Notes: a model not told the origin generated them from the letters alone. A stretch of DNA of 64,000 nt from Promethearchaeota archaeon (GCA_018238625.1 JABCSY010000005.1:16746-80745), one strand, 5' to 3'; counted from the stretch's first letter, positions 29,907 through 39,495 are shown. Translations and numbers: made by a program.

Positions 29907-30140
29907 TTAAGCCTTTTTAATGACAAAAATTAAGTTTCCATTATCTTCTCGAAGTTCGACTAATTCGTCGCCTATTTTAGTAAGAAGCGCTGGAATGTCC
30001 TTCTTCGCTCCAACATCGTCAACGATTACTTCTATTATTTGTCCTGAAGTCAAACTTTTCAATTCTTTTTTAGTTTTCAAAACTGGTAACGGACATTTTA
30101 AACCAGTATAATCAACTGTTTTATCAGCCATTTTTTTCAC
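29907..30140 (-). CDS. tusA: TusA sulfur carrier
   Basis: DYTGLKCPLPV (CPxP), VDD..A..DIP. Confidence 0.92.
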   Translation of the reverse strand: MKKMADKTVDYTGLKCPLPVLKTKKELKSLTSGQIIEVIVDDVGAKKDIPALLTKIGDELVELREDNGNLIFVIKKA

Positions 30141-30426
30141 TTTTAATAGTTATTTTATCTATTTTTTTTTATTTTGATATCAAAATAAATTAATTTATGA
30201 TATCTTTGTAGTAAAGAAATATGAAATAATATTTAAATAGTAGTTTTCTTAACTATAATATATTGATTTATTAATAAAAAATCACTAAAGTAAAGTGAGA
30301 TTTTAGTGAAAAAAATATAAGTAATAAAAACTTAATAAAGCTTTAGAGAACTAAATTTCTAAAAAAATGTAAAAAAATAAGAAAAAAATAGTTAAAAATA
30401 ATTTAAATTAAAATGGGCTTAATAAC

Positions 30427-30927
30427 ATGACAACAACAAATATAAATCGTTCAGAGATTGACGAATTTGATAGGAACATTTTAGATTTACTACAAAATGA
30501 TGCAAAAATTACAATAAAAGAGATTTCTGATAAAGTTGGAAAAAGTCCGACTGCTATAAGGTCTCGAATAGTAAGGTTAGAAGAAAAATATATAAAAAAA
30601 TACGTAGCTTTAATAGATTGCCGTCAATTAGGATATCGCGAAATGGTAATAGCTTCATTACGAGTAAACTCTTCTCAGCCTATAGAACGCATTAAGGGAC
30701 ATATTGAAAGTATGGAAAAAATTAAGTATGCTTATGTGGTTACTGGAGAATATCCTTTATTTATTATGGCAAAATGTCTAAATCATCAAGATTCCATGGG
30801 TCTCATTGAAACACTCCGCAATCTTCCAGGAGTAGAAGAAGTTAAGACCCAAATCGTATTAGATCGTATTAAAGAGGACCATACGATCATAATTCCTGAA
30901 CCAATAGACAAGGATAAAATTTATTAG
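30427..30927 (+). CDS. Lrp/AsnC transcriptional regulator, divergent from the sulfur-relay cluster
   Basis: DEFDRNIL..LQ.DAK HTH, VTGEY RAM domain, GVEEVKTQIVL. Confidence 0.92.
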   Translation: MTTTNINRSEIDEFDRNILDLLQNDAKITIKEISDKVGKSPTAIRSRIVRLEEKYIKKYVALIDCRQLGYREMVIASLRVNSSQPIERIKGHIESMEKIKYAYVVTGEYPLFIMAKCLNHQDSMGLIETLRNLPGVEEVKTQIVLDRIKEDHTIIIPEPIDKDKIY

Positions 30928-31048
30928 GATTATGTTATACTTAATAAAGTAAACGGGCTAATTATCTGGCAAGAATTAAAATCCTGGAAGAGTTTTCTAA
31001 AAAAATCAATTTGATACAAAAGATTTAACATTTGGGCAAAAAGCAAAT

Positions 31049-31318
31049 TTATAATTTTCTCAACTTTTTAACCTTTTCTTTGTTAATTTGCTTTATTTCC
31101 TTAGTTAACTTAAGAAGGGAGGCATTCAATTCACCTCTTTTGGCCTTTAGTACAGATAAATTCGAGCCATGAGTTTTTTTTGATTCATGTCTTATTCCTT
31201 GTTCAACTTTACTTAATTCTTTGTGCTTAGATGCAAGTTTTGATTCAAGTTCTTTTAACTTTTTATTGTATTCAGAATGAACTTTTCTAGATAATTCATA
31301 TCTTGAATTATTTGTCAT
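31049..31318 (-). CDS. small basic coiled-coil protein, paralog of 41255-41524
   Basis: 89 aa, heptad pattern, shared LESKLA.KHKEL and ELNAS.LKL..INKEK.KKLRKL. Confidence 0.7.
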   Translation of the reverse strand: MTNNSRYELSRKVHSEYNKKLKELESKLASKHKELSKVEQGIRHESKKTHGSNLSVLKAKRGELNASLLKLTKEIKQINKEKVKKLRKL

Positions 31319-31578
31319 AAAATATTCAGATTTATACTTTTATTTAATACTTAATTTAAAAGTAGTTAATTTGATTAGATTAAGTTTTATTTTAATATAA
31401 GTTTAGAGGAACACAATAGGTATATTAATTGTTTGTGTAATTCTTAATATCTCTTTTTTTCTTTTTTCATATATTTTCTCTTATGATTAAGACAAGAATT
31501 TTATTTTTTATTTAACCAATTTGTCCAAAATGCGATTTAAAATAATGGAAATTTTAAATACTTCTAAGAATTTAATTA

Positions 31579-32901
31579 TTGAATTTAATTAAAATATTAA
31601 ATAAAAAAATGAGTGAACGAGAACAAGTCGAATTTAAGAATTATTATATTGCTATTTTTAATGTGAATTACCTTTTCCAAGGAATCAATCAATCTTTGTT
31701 TGCGGTAATTATACCAATTTATTTGATCCAATTTATTGGAGTGATCGACGCTTCGCAACTCGCGTTTCTGGGATCAATAATTATGTTACCCTGGATTTTT
31801 AAAATTTTTTATGGAATTATTGGCGATAAATTTGGGTTAAAAAAAATAGGGAGAAGGCGACCTTGGATAATAAGCATGGTATCGTTTTCGGGAGTATTAT
31901 GGATCATTTTAGGATTACCTAACGTGATTACAGCTGAAAATTCCATTTCTGTTTTTACGATTATGGGTATTCTAATCTTTTTTGGAGTTGCTTTCGGTGA
32001 TACAATTATCGACGGTTTATTGCTGGATATTACACCAAAGGAAAAATTGGGACGCGTATCAGGGTTAAATTGGGGTCTAAGGTCTGTAGGAGCTATAGCG
32101 GGAGGCCCATTATTTGCTCTATTAGTAGTTTATGGCGGCTTAGAAGTACCGATGTTATTTATCATTGTAGGAATTTTTACTATTCTGTGTTCGTTTTTAA
32201 CTTTTTTCATAAAAGAACCTACAGTATACCCAGAAGCCAAAATTGGTAAGCATCTCAAGGAAATGTTTAACAATAAAAGAGATTGGAAAACATACGGATT
32301 TGCTTTATTCGCTTCTATTATTGATTCTGTTGGTATTTTGTTTGTCTCAATTTTCATCTTAATAAACATGGGTTTATTAGCTTCAAGTGGGACGTCCCTT
32401 TCACTACCTAGCGGAGACTTAAATATATACTTAGTAAATGGCTACATAACTATGATAATTGCTATTGGGGTGGTGATTGGAGCAATACTTGGAGGGCAGA
32501 TCGCTGATCGAATCACAAGAAAAGTTAGCGTTTATATTGCTTACATAATAACGACCATCTCTTTATTGCTGATGATGGTTCCATTAGAATGGCCTATTTT
32601 ATTGATCTTTTCGACGCTTGTAGGATGTGCAATTGGGTGGCGTCATTCTAGTTACGCTGCTGTAGTAACTGAAATTTCAAAGCAGCATCCCGAGATGAGT
32701 AGTACTTATTACTCATTATGTAATGCTTTCGCAAATTTAGGTAGCACGCTCGGAATGTCTTTAACCGGAATTATTTTAGGGGCCACGGCCTCGTATCTAA
32801 TAGTGTTTCTATTTATGGCTTTAATCTCTAATATAGGCCTTGCTGGTTTCTTAATGTTAAAAAAGGAAGATTACGAGCATAAAGCAATCAAAGAGAATTA
32901 G
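31579..32901 (+). CDS. MFS transporter (AmpG/BT1-like)
   Basis: 12 TM, LPW.FK..G..GD..GRRRPW, IADRITRK. Confidence 0.9.
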   Translation: MNLIKILNKKMSEREQVEFKNYYIAIFNVNYLFQGINQSLFAVIIPIYLIQFIGVIDASQLAFLGSIIMLPWIFKIFYGIIGDKFGLKKIGRRRPWIISMVSFSGVLWIILGLPNVITAENSISVFTIMGILIFFGVAFGDTIIDGLLLDITPKEKLGRVSGLNWGLRSVGAIAGGPLFALLVVYGGLEVPMLFIIVGIFTILCSFLTFFIKEPTVYPEAKIGKHLKEMFNNKRDWKTYGFALFASIIDSVGILFVSIFILINMGLLASSGTSLSLPSGDLNIYLVNGYITMIIAIGVVIGAILGGQIADRITRKVSVYIAYIITTISLLLMMVPLEWPILLIFSTLVGCAIGWRHSSYAAVVTEISKQHPEMSSTYYSLCNAFANLGSTLGMSLTGIILGATASYLIVFLFMALISNIGLAGFLMLKKEDYEHKAIKEN

Positions 32902-33060
32902 AAACACTAATTAATTCCCCTTTTTTTTATTTAGCGTTTAATTTAAAATCGAGAAGATGAAAGGTTCGTTATTTTTCAATTATTATTGGGAATTGAACCT
33001 TTAAATAATCTTTTTATATTAATATATTCAGATAACAAAATATGAGGGATTTTTCTAAAA

Positions 33061-33273
33061 ATGAGACCTCGATGTGAAAAATGTGGAAAACGGATCCAGC
33101 GAATTCATAGAAGGTTAATTCATTTCTATCCAGATTATTGCCCTTCATGTGGAACAAAAATTAGCTTAAAACAAAAAAGTGATTTGAGATATTATGAAAC
33201 TATTGTTTGCATAGTAGTATTTACTATATTTGCTATAGTGATGATGACTTTTACCCAACTTGGTTTAATTTAA
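33061..33273 (+). CDS. small zinc-ribbon membrane protein
   Basis: CEKCG..CPSCG and C-terminal TM. Confidence 0.7.
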   Translation: MRPRCEKCGKRIQRIHRRLIHFYPDYCPSCGTKISLKQKSDLRYYETIVCIVVFTIFAIVMMTFTQLGLI

Positions 33274-33290
33274 AAATAGAAAGAAAGCAT

Positions 33291-34121
33291 CTAATTTATA
33301 TATTTTAATAGAACATCTAAATCTGCTAGTTTGTCAATAGGTTTAATAATTATATCGTCTGCTTCGGTAATTGTTAATATCTCTTTTATCTCCTTTTCTG
33401 AAACAACAGCAGATATCAAAACTATAGGAATTGCTTTATATAGCATCTTAGATTTTAGCATCTGGCACAATTTGGTTCCGTCAATATTGCTAGTTTTTAA
33501 ATCTATATCTAATAAAATGGCTTGAGGAGTAGAAGTTTTCAAAATATCAAGTCCTTCTTCGGAAGTTTCTACAGATTTAATATCTACGTCTTTTCTCTTA
33601 AAATAGGTGTCAACTGTTTTGCGTTCTAATTCGTTATCTTCAATATATAAAATATCAAAGTTTTTTATATATCTAATCAACTTAGGTTTTTCATAATGTC
33701 GTTTTATTAAATTTTCTAAATCTACCAAGGCGTTTTTTATATTTTCTATATTTTCAATTAACTTTTTTGGTTCATTTAGAAAACTACCTAACATTAGAAT
33801 TGATACTTTAAGAGGTGAAAGTTTCTGTTTTAACTCTTCGTGAAAAGTCGTGTGTAATTCAAAAGAATCAATAGCTTCCCTAATGGAACTATTAATAGAT
33901 TTTTCATCGTACTCTTTTTTTTCGATGTCTTTTTGTAACATCTGATAAACATTATCGATATAAGAATTAACGGAATTTCTTATTATTTTTGCTTGATTTT
34001 TAATGCTATTCTGTTCCATGAATAGTTTTAGTTTACTGTCGAGCGCTGAATCTACGTAAGTATACCATTTAATTTGCTTTTTTTCTTTTTCTGTTTTATT
34101 ACTTTGATTGATACTATTAAT
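33291..34121 (-). CDS. response regulator: putative RHH, HisKA-like helix and C-terminal receiver (ORF track starts at 34019; frame is open to ATT 34121)
   Basis: REC: YIEDN, ILLD, ISA, IIKP; upstream in-frame KQIKWYTYVDSALDSKLKLFMEQNSIKNQAKIIRNSVNSYID; GGATGGTG 7 nt before ATT. Confidence 0.75.
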   Translation of the reverse strand: MNSINQSNKTEKEKKQIKWYTYVDSALDSKLKLFMEQNSIKNQAKIIRNSVNSYIDNVYQMLQKDIEKKEYDEKSINSSIREAIDSFELHTTFHEELKQKLSPLKVSILMLGSFLNEPKKLIENIENIKNALVDLENLIKRHYEKPKLIRYIKNFDILYIEDNELERKTVDTYFKRKDVDIKSVETSEEGLDILKTSTPQAILLDIDLKTSNIDGTKLCQMLKSKMLYKAIPIVLISAVVSEKEIKEILTITEADDIIIKPIDKLADLDVLLKYIN

Positions 34122-34162
34122 TGATTTACACCATCCAAGATTACTATAAACAATACTTTTTT

Positions 34163-35779
34163 TTATAATGCTTCAGGAATTTGAATTATGAAATTACTTC
34201 CTTGAGTATAATCCCCTTTAATTTTATCTTCAACCCAGATTTCACCCTCGCATAAATCTAAAAGCTTTGCAACGAGAGAAAGTCCAAGCCCCATACCTTT
34301 AGATCCTATCGGTTTTTTAACATTTCTTTTAAATATAATATTCTTTTTAGTATCATTAATGCCAATACCATTATCTTTAAATTCTAATTTGATATGTGAT
34401 TTCTGATTTTCCATCACTCTTGAAATATTAATTTCAATCTCTACAGCATCATTTTTATTATAAAGTACAGAGTTTATAAGAATATTTTCAAATACATCAA
34501 GTAATAGGTCATTGCAAAGTACGTAAATTTTATTTGCCTCAGATTCGATGTTAACAATTATTTCTCGTTTTTGGAAATTTACTTTTACATATTGGGTAGC
34601 ACTTCTTATTTTCTCAAAAATCTCTATAGGTTTTAAAGGTATTTCAGATTCTTCAATGTCTGATAGTTCTCTTATATTATTTATTAACTTTTTCCCTCGT
34701 TTAATCTGTTGCTCAATTGCTTTAAAATATTCAAGCATATCATTATTTTCAATATTTTTTTTTAACAAGGTTTCACATAATTCTATGGAATTTCCAATCG
34801 TGTGAAACATGTTAGAAATATCATGCGTAAACAATCCCTTATAACAATCTGCTCTATTATATACCTTTCGATATTTTATTTCTGAACTTTCTAGTTTGAT
34901 CGTTCTTTCTTTTATTCGAATTTTTAGATCTTTCCTTAAACCGTCTAACTCAATTTCAGCTAATTTTCGCTCTGTAATGTCTTTAATAAACGTTTGAATA
35001 AGGCTCTTTTTACCTATTTTGACAAACGAGGATTCCAATGTTATCCAAAATCTTTTACCATCGCCTCTAAAGATTTCGAATTCTACAGGTTTTAAATAAC
35101 CTTCTTTAAGTAATACTACAAATCTTTCTTTAAGGACTTGCTCTATATTTTCAAATCTGGGATCTCCCTCACGGCTGAACATTTGAAGTACTTCTCTGAA
35201 AGGTTTCCCTATCAAGTCAGAAGGCTTAAATACTGACAAAAACTTATTCATTGGTTCATTGCAATCAAGGATTATTCCTTTTAAATCTACAAGCCAGATT
35301 GCGTAAGGTGTGCTATTAAATAAATTTCGATACATCTCTTCGGATTCTTTTAATTTCTGTTCTGCCTTTTTGCGCTCGGTAATGTCGCGGTCGATACCCC
35401 TATACCCTAAGAGCTCTCCGTTTCCATCGAGGATTGGCTCACCGCTCGTTTCAAGAATTATTTGCCTTCCGTCCTTATGGATGTTTATATTTTCAAGCCA
35501 TGTAAGAGATTTTTGAGATTCAACTGCTGCTTGGAAAAGTTTACGTACTCGCTCCGCCTCGTTTGAGGGCATTAAATCAAAAGGAGTTTTTCCAATGATT
35601 TCTTCTGGCTCATATCCTAATATGGCTTTAATTTTTGGACTTGAATAAGTATAGACTGAATTAGTATCCACTTCCCAAATCCAATCACTAGTAGTTTCGA
35701 CCAAAGAGCGAAATCTTTCTTCACTATCGCGCAATTTTCGCTCCGTCTGCTTGCGCTCGGTAATCTCTTCATGCAGCAT
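34163..35779 (-). CDS. PAS-PAS sensor histidine kinase
   Basis: two PAS/PAC modules ending in DITERK, H-box FTHDISN, N-box ENILIN, DNGIG, GMGLGL. Confidence 0.93.
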   Translation of the reverse strand: MLHEEITERKQTERKLRDSEERFRSLVETTSDWIWEVDTNSVYTYSSPKIKAILGYEPEEIIGKTPFDLMPSNEAERVRKLFQAAVESQKSLTWLENINIHKDGRQIILETSGEPILDGNGELLGYRGIDRDITERKKAEQKLKESEEMYRNLFNSTPYAIWLVDLKGIILDCNEPMNKFLSVFKPSDLIGKPFREVLQMFSREGDPRFENIEQVLKERFVVLLKEGYLKPVEFEIFRGDGKRFWITLESSFVKIGKKSLIQTFIKDITERKLAEIELDGLRKDLKIRIKERTIKLESSEIKYRKVYNRADCYKGLFTHDISNMFHTIGNSIELCETLLKKNIENNDMLEYFKAIEQQIKRGKKLINNIRELSDIEESEIPLKPIEIFEKIRSATQYVKVNFQKREIIVNIESEANKIYVLCNDLLLDVFENILINSVLYNKNDAVEIEINISRVMENQKSHIKLEFKDNGIGINDTKKNIIFKRNVKKPIGSKGMGLGLSLVAKLLDLCEGEIWVEDKIKGDYTQGSNFIIQIPEAL

Positions 35780-36070
35780 TAAGAACCAAATTAATTATTT
35801 AAATTCTTCTTCAAAATTCCCTAATTTAATATTTAAGGAAGTCAAAAACACCTACCCTTTAAATATTGTAATTTTCTTCTTAACTGGAAAAATAAATATA
35901 GCTATTATACTAAATTGTTAAAAGTCTATATATATATTTACTTTTTTTCTATAAATATTAACACCTTTATAAAATAAAAAGAAGTTAGGTTAATGTGTTG
36001 TTTGATGAGCTAAGAACTAACCAGCAATTCTTATTAATCGATTGATGTTAAAATAATTAGCTCTTTTGAT

Positions 36071-36191
36071 TTTACTAGTAATTCGTAAATTTTACCACTA
36101 AAATCTAAGATTTACCAGTATTTCTTTAACTTTTACTAACAATATTCGAAAGAATCTTTATATTCAATATTAAATATTAGAAATTTGATCA
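36071..36191 (+). promoter_or_regulatory. array of four TTTACYRGTA-like boxes (36071, 36091, 36111, 36132), AATCTTTATATTC (36153) and TGATCA (36186)
   Basis: 20-21 bp periodicity; same layout recurs at 37038-37137. Confidence 0.7.
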
Positions 36192-36406
36192 TTCTCAATA
36201 ATTATAATAATTCTTATTGATAATGAAGTTTGAGAGATGATTAGAGGGCGAATGAAAAACCTATTTAAAAATAGTTTTTTCCAAAAGAAATGTGTGAAAA
36301 TACTTTTAGATCTAAAATTATAAGAAGAAATTTTCAATAATAACTTGAACTTAAGTTTATATTTCCTCATTTTCTTCTAATACAAAAAAAAAGAAAAATA
36401 ATTAAA

Positions 36407-36760
36407 ATGGATAAGAATAAGGATTACTATAAAATTCTCGAAGTCGAAGAAGACGCTTCCGAGGAAGAAATTAAACTGGCTTATCGGAGATTAGCGAAAA
36501 AATATCATCCCGACCTTAATAAAACCGATCCAAAAGCTAAGGAGAAGTTTATTGAACTACTTGAAGCTTACGATACATTAAGCGATCCCCAGAGAAGAGA
36601 AGTTTATGACCAAGCCGGTTACAATCCAAGAAACATTGATTTAAGCGATATGCTTTGGAGATATGATTCTACTCGATTTAGAGAAATGCTAAGACAAATA
36701 TATACGAACCATTATAGAACTCCGTACAATAAACCTCCTCCTGAAGGAATGTATACCTAA
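36407..36760 (+). CDS. J-domain (DnaJ-like, type III) protein
   Basis: [28 protein letters not shown]. Confidence 0.92.
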   Translation: MDKNKDYYKILEVEEDASEEEIKLAYRRLAKKYHPDLNKTDPKAKEKFIELLEAYDTLSDPQRREVYDQAGYNPRNIDLSDMLWRYDSTRFREMLRQIYTNHYRTPYNKPPPEGMYT

Positions 36761-36867
36761 ATGACATCTATATTGCAGCAGTTACATTGGAACATGATGC
36801 TGAGTTAGCAACCGATAATGTCAATCATTATCAACGAGTTTCACAATTAAAGATTATAAACATATAA
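36760..36867 (+). pseudogene. C-terminal fragment of a VapC/PIN toxin
   Basis: hand translation [35 protein letters not shown]; no start codon; overlaps the J-protein stop. Confidence 0.7.
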
Positions 36868-37037
36868 ACATGCTTTCAATCTATTTTTATGAATTTTATA
36901 ACAAAAAAAAAAAGTAAAGTAATTATCAAACATCACCTTTCTTCCCATTTTTAAAAATTTTATAAATCAATTTTATCGAAAATGTAGACATAAAAAATTG
37001 CCTTTTTCTGGGATATTTTCAATTAATTTGAACAATT

Positions 37038-37178
37038 TTTACTAGTAGCATTCATATTTTTACTGGTAAAAATAAGATTTTACGGTTAATTTCAGTGTAA
37101 TCTTTATATTCCAGATTCATCTAGAGATATTTGATCAATATCAATAATTACATATTAATTTTTGATCATTTTTGATCA
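37038..37178 (+). promoter_or_regulatory. three TTTACYRGTA-like boxes (37038, 37059, 37079), AATCTTTATATTC (37099) and TGATCA x3
   Basis: same spacing as 36071-36191; upstream of the beta-helix gene at 37211. Confidence 0.7.
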
Positions 37179-37210
37179 GCATTTAATTTGTAAAAAAAGG
37201 TAGAAATTAT

Positions 37211-38569
37211 ATGAATAAAGCAAAATGTGTAAAAATTAGCTTATTACTGACAGCATTATCACTATCGATATGCATTCCCATGTTTGCCATATCTGTAACC
37301 GCGAAGAAACAAGTATATACTCGCAACATTCCTGTTTACATCAATGACGCCGTTCCTGGTTGTTCTTGGGCAGAATGGAGCGTAGAACCATGGCTAAAAG
37401 GTTCTGGTACCGAAGAAGATCCCTACATGATTAAAGACTTAGTCATTGAGGTAAGTGGATTTCAATTTGCCATGATGATTCAAGACTCAGATGCGTATTT
37501 CAAAATAATGAAGTGTACTTTTAGTAATGGCGGTATAGTAGGAGAAAGATCTGCAGGATTCATTTTAATCAACACTCAAAATGGTGTCATCTTCAAGAAC
37601 AACTTTATTGGTAACGATGGAGCGGGAATCGCCGTAATTGGGTCGTTACATAACGTGATCCAAAAAAACCTCTGTAGCGAAAATGGAGTTGGGATTTACA
37701 TCGAATGGGGTATGTTTACTACTATTAAACAAAACGATTGTAAGAATAATTTTGATTCAGGAATTGTTATTGCATCAGCCCACAAAAACGTAATAGAGAA
37801 GAACGACTGCTTTGAAAACGCTAACGCTGGTATTGCATTAATAAATGTGGGCGAACCAGATCATTCCCCCAAAGACAACATCATTTACAAGAATAACCTT
37901 GAAAACAATCTACTTGGAATTTATTCATCTGACGCGGATATGAACGATGTCTTGAGAAACACGATTGCAGAAAACTTCTATGGAATCTCGTTTGGCCTTG
38001 GATCCGAAGGAAATACCGTGTACCACAATAATTTCATAGATAACGACAACCAGGCAATTGATTTTCAACCAACCGCGAACAATTGGCATCACCCCTACAT
38101 GCTCGAAGGAAATTTCTGGTCGGACGCTCCTTTTGGATACGACTTATATCCGATCGTAGAAGAAAACGGTTGGGAAGTTATGACTCCTATCGAAGAAGAG
38201 ATTTTAGATCCTTTACTACCTAATCGATTAGGAGGAGATCGCATAGTAATCGCGAGCGAGACGAGTTATATCCGTTATGGGGTCTTGCAATTGTTTTCAG
38301 AAAGAGTCGAAGGAGAAGCGTACCCTCCATACACGGTTCGGATCAATGGAGAAGAAGTTCTAGATTCTGTATGGCTCTTCAAAGAAGAAACTGATTATGG
38401 AGAACCAGGTTTGATGCAATTATACTACATAAAAATACCTCCATATTATCTAACTGAGGTAATGGGACTTACTCTTGGATATCACGAATATTTAGTGGAA
38501 ATAAGTTGGTATAATAGCGGGGAACTGCAAGTAGCAAGCTTTACTACAGGTTTCACCTTAATTGAATAA
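37211..38569 (+). CDS. secreted NosD/CASH beta-helix protein (no C-terminal anchor)
   Basis: signal peptide, GSGTEEDPYMI, N..GI rungs, GNFWSD. Confidence 0.85.
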   Translation: MNKAKCVKISLLLTALSLSICIPMFAISVTAKKQVYTRNIPVYINDAVPGCSWAEWSVEPWLKGSGTEEDPYMIKDLVIEVSGFQFAMMIQDSDAYFKIMKCTFSNGGIVGERSAGFILINTQNGVIFKNNFIGNDGAGIAVIGSLHNVIQKNLCSENGVGIYIEWGMFTTIKQNDCKNNFDSGIVIASAHKNVIEKNDCFENANAGIALINVGEPDHSPKDNIIYKNNLENNLLGIYSSDADMNDVLRNTIAENFYGISFGLGSEGNTVYHNNFIDNDNQAIDFQPTANNWHHPYMLEGNFWSDAPFGYDLYPIVEENGWEVMTPIEEEILDPLLPNRLGGDRIVIASETSYIRYGVLQLFSERVEGEAYPPYTVRINGEEVLDSVWLFKEETDYGEPGLMQLYYIKIPPYYLTEVMGLTLGYHEYLVEISWYNSGELQVASFTTGFTLIE

Positions 38570-38595
38570 CGGTCTTCACGGCCGCTTTTTTTTTT
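38570..38595 (+). terminator. hairpin plus oligo-T terminator
   Basis: CGGTC-TTCAC-GGCCG followed by about 10 T immediately after the stop. Confidence 0.6.
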
Positions 38596-38862
38596 CATAT
38601 ATTTCCAAAAATCTAAGTATTATAGGAATAAGAAAATTTAAATCTCTATTTCTAATTAAGTAGCATCACTTAACGGTTTTAGATTTACTGCAACTTCAAT
38701 TCCCTTATTTAAACCTAATTTTTCTAAAGATCTTATTATTCTAATTTTGAACGATTTCTGTTTAATTTCGATGAGAACTACCATGAACTACCATGGGAGA
38801 TACGAAAAAAACTATAATATTTTTTTTGTATAATTTATCAAGGATCAAAATTTCCTATCAAT

Positions 38863-39495
38863 ATGCCTTATACTTATTTAGGACCCGCATATCGTATCGA
38901 ATCTGAACGTTTAGTTATTAGGTGCTATAATCCTAAAGATGCGCTTCACTTACAAAAAGCAATCCAAGAAAGTCTTGAACATCTTCGACCGTGGATGCCA
39001 TGGGTAAGAGACGAACCCGAAGAATTGAAGGTTAAGATAGAACGCCTTAGATTGTTCCGTGCCGATTTTGATTTAAGTAAAAATTATGTGTACGGCGTTT
39101 TCGATCCTAACGAGACTGAATTAGTGGGAGGGACCGGACTCCATCCCAGAGTTGGACTAAACGCGTTTGAAATTGGGTATTGGATTCATGTGAACCATAT
39201 CAATAAAGGATATGCTACAGAGATCTCTGCTGCTCTCACTAAAGTAGCATTTGAGGTAGAAAACGTAAAGCGAGTAGAAATTCACTGTGATCCAGACAAT
39301 ATAAAAAGTGCAGCAATTCCAAAAAAATTAGGATATGTATATGAAGCCACTTTACGAGGTAGAACTGAAACAATTGAGGGGGTGCCATCAGATTCAATGA
39401 TATGGTTGATATTGAGGGAGGAATACTTAAAATCTCCTGCTGCTAAAGCGAAAATAGTAGCTTATGACGTATTCGGTAATCTAATTATCTCATAA
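38863..39495 (+). CDS. RimJ/RimL-family GNAT N-acetyltransferase
   Basis: ERLVIR, EIGYWI, NKGYATE, NIKS..IPKKLGY.YEATLR. Confidence 0.92.
   Translation: MPYTYLGPAYRIESERLVIRCYNPKDALHLQKAIQESLEHLRPWMPWVRDEPEELKVKIERLRLFRADFDLSKNYVYGVFDPNETELVGGTGLHPRVGLNAFEIGYWIHVNHINKGYATEISAALTKVAFEVENVKRVEIHCDPDNIKSAAIPKKLGYVYEATLRGRTETIEGVPSDSMIWLILREEYLKSPAAKAKIVAYDVFGNLIIS

Noticed and set aside
28240-30140. Dissimilatory sulfur oxidation, or selenocysteine-containing DsrE/TusA
   Set aside because: No dsrAB/dsrC; active sites use normal Cys codons with no in-frame TGA
36071-36140. Periodic repeats as a mini-CRISPR array
   Set aside because: Repeats are about 10 bp with 10-11 bp spacers and no cas genes; fits operator sites instead
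38656-38784. 42-aa minus-strand ORF MVVLIEIK..SLEKLGLNKGIEVAVNLKP resembling a TOBE-domain fragment
   Set aside because: Short, no clear ribosome-binding site, resemblance only by eye; probably a relic
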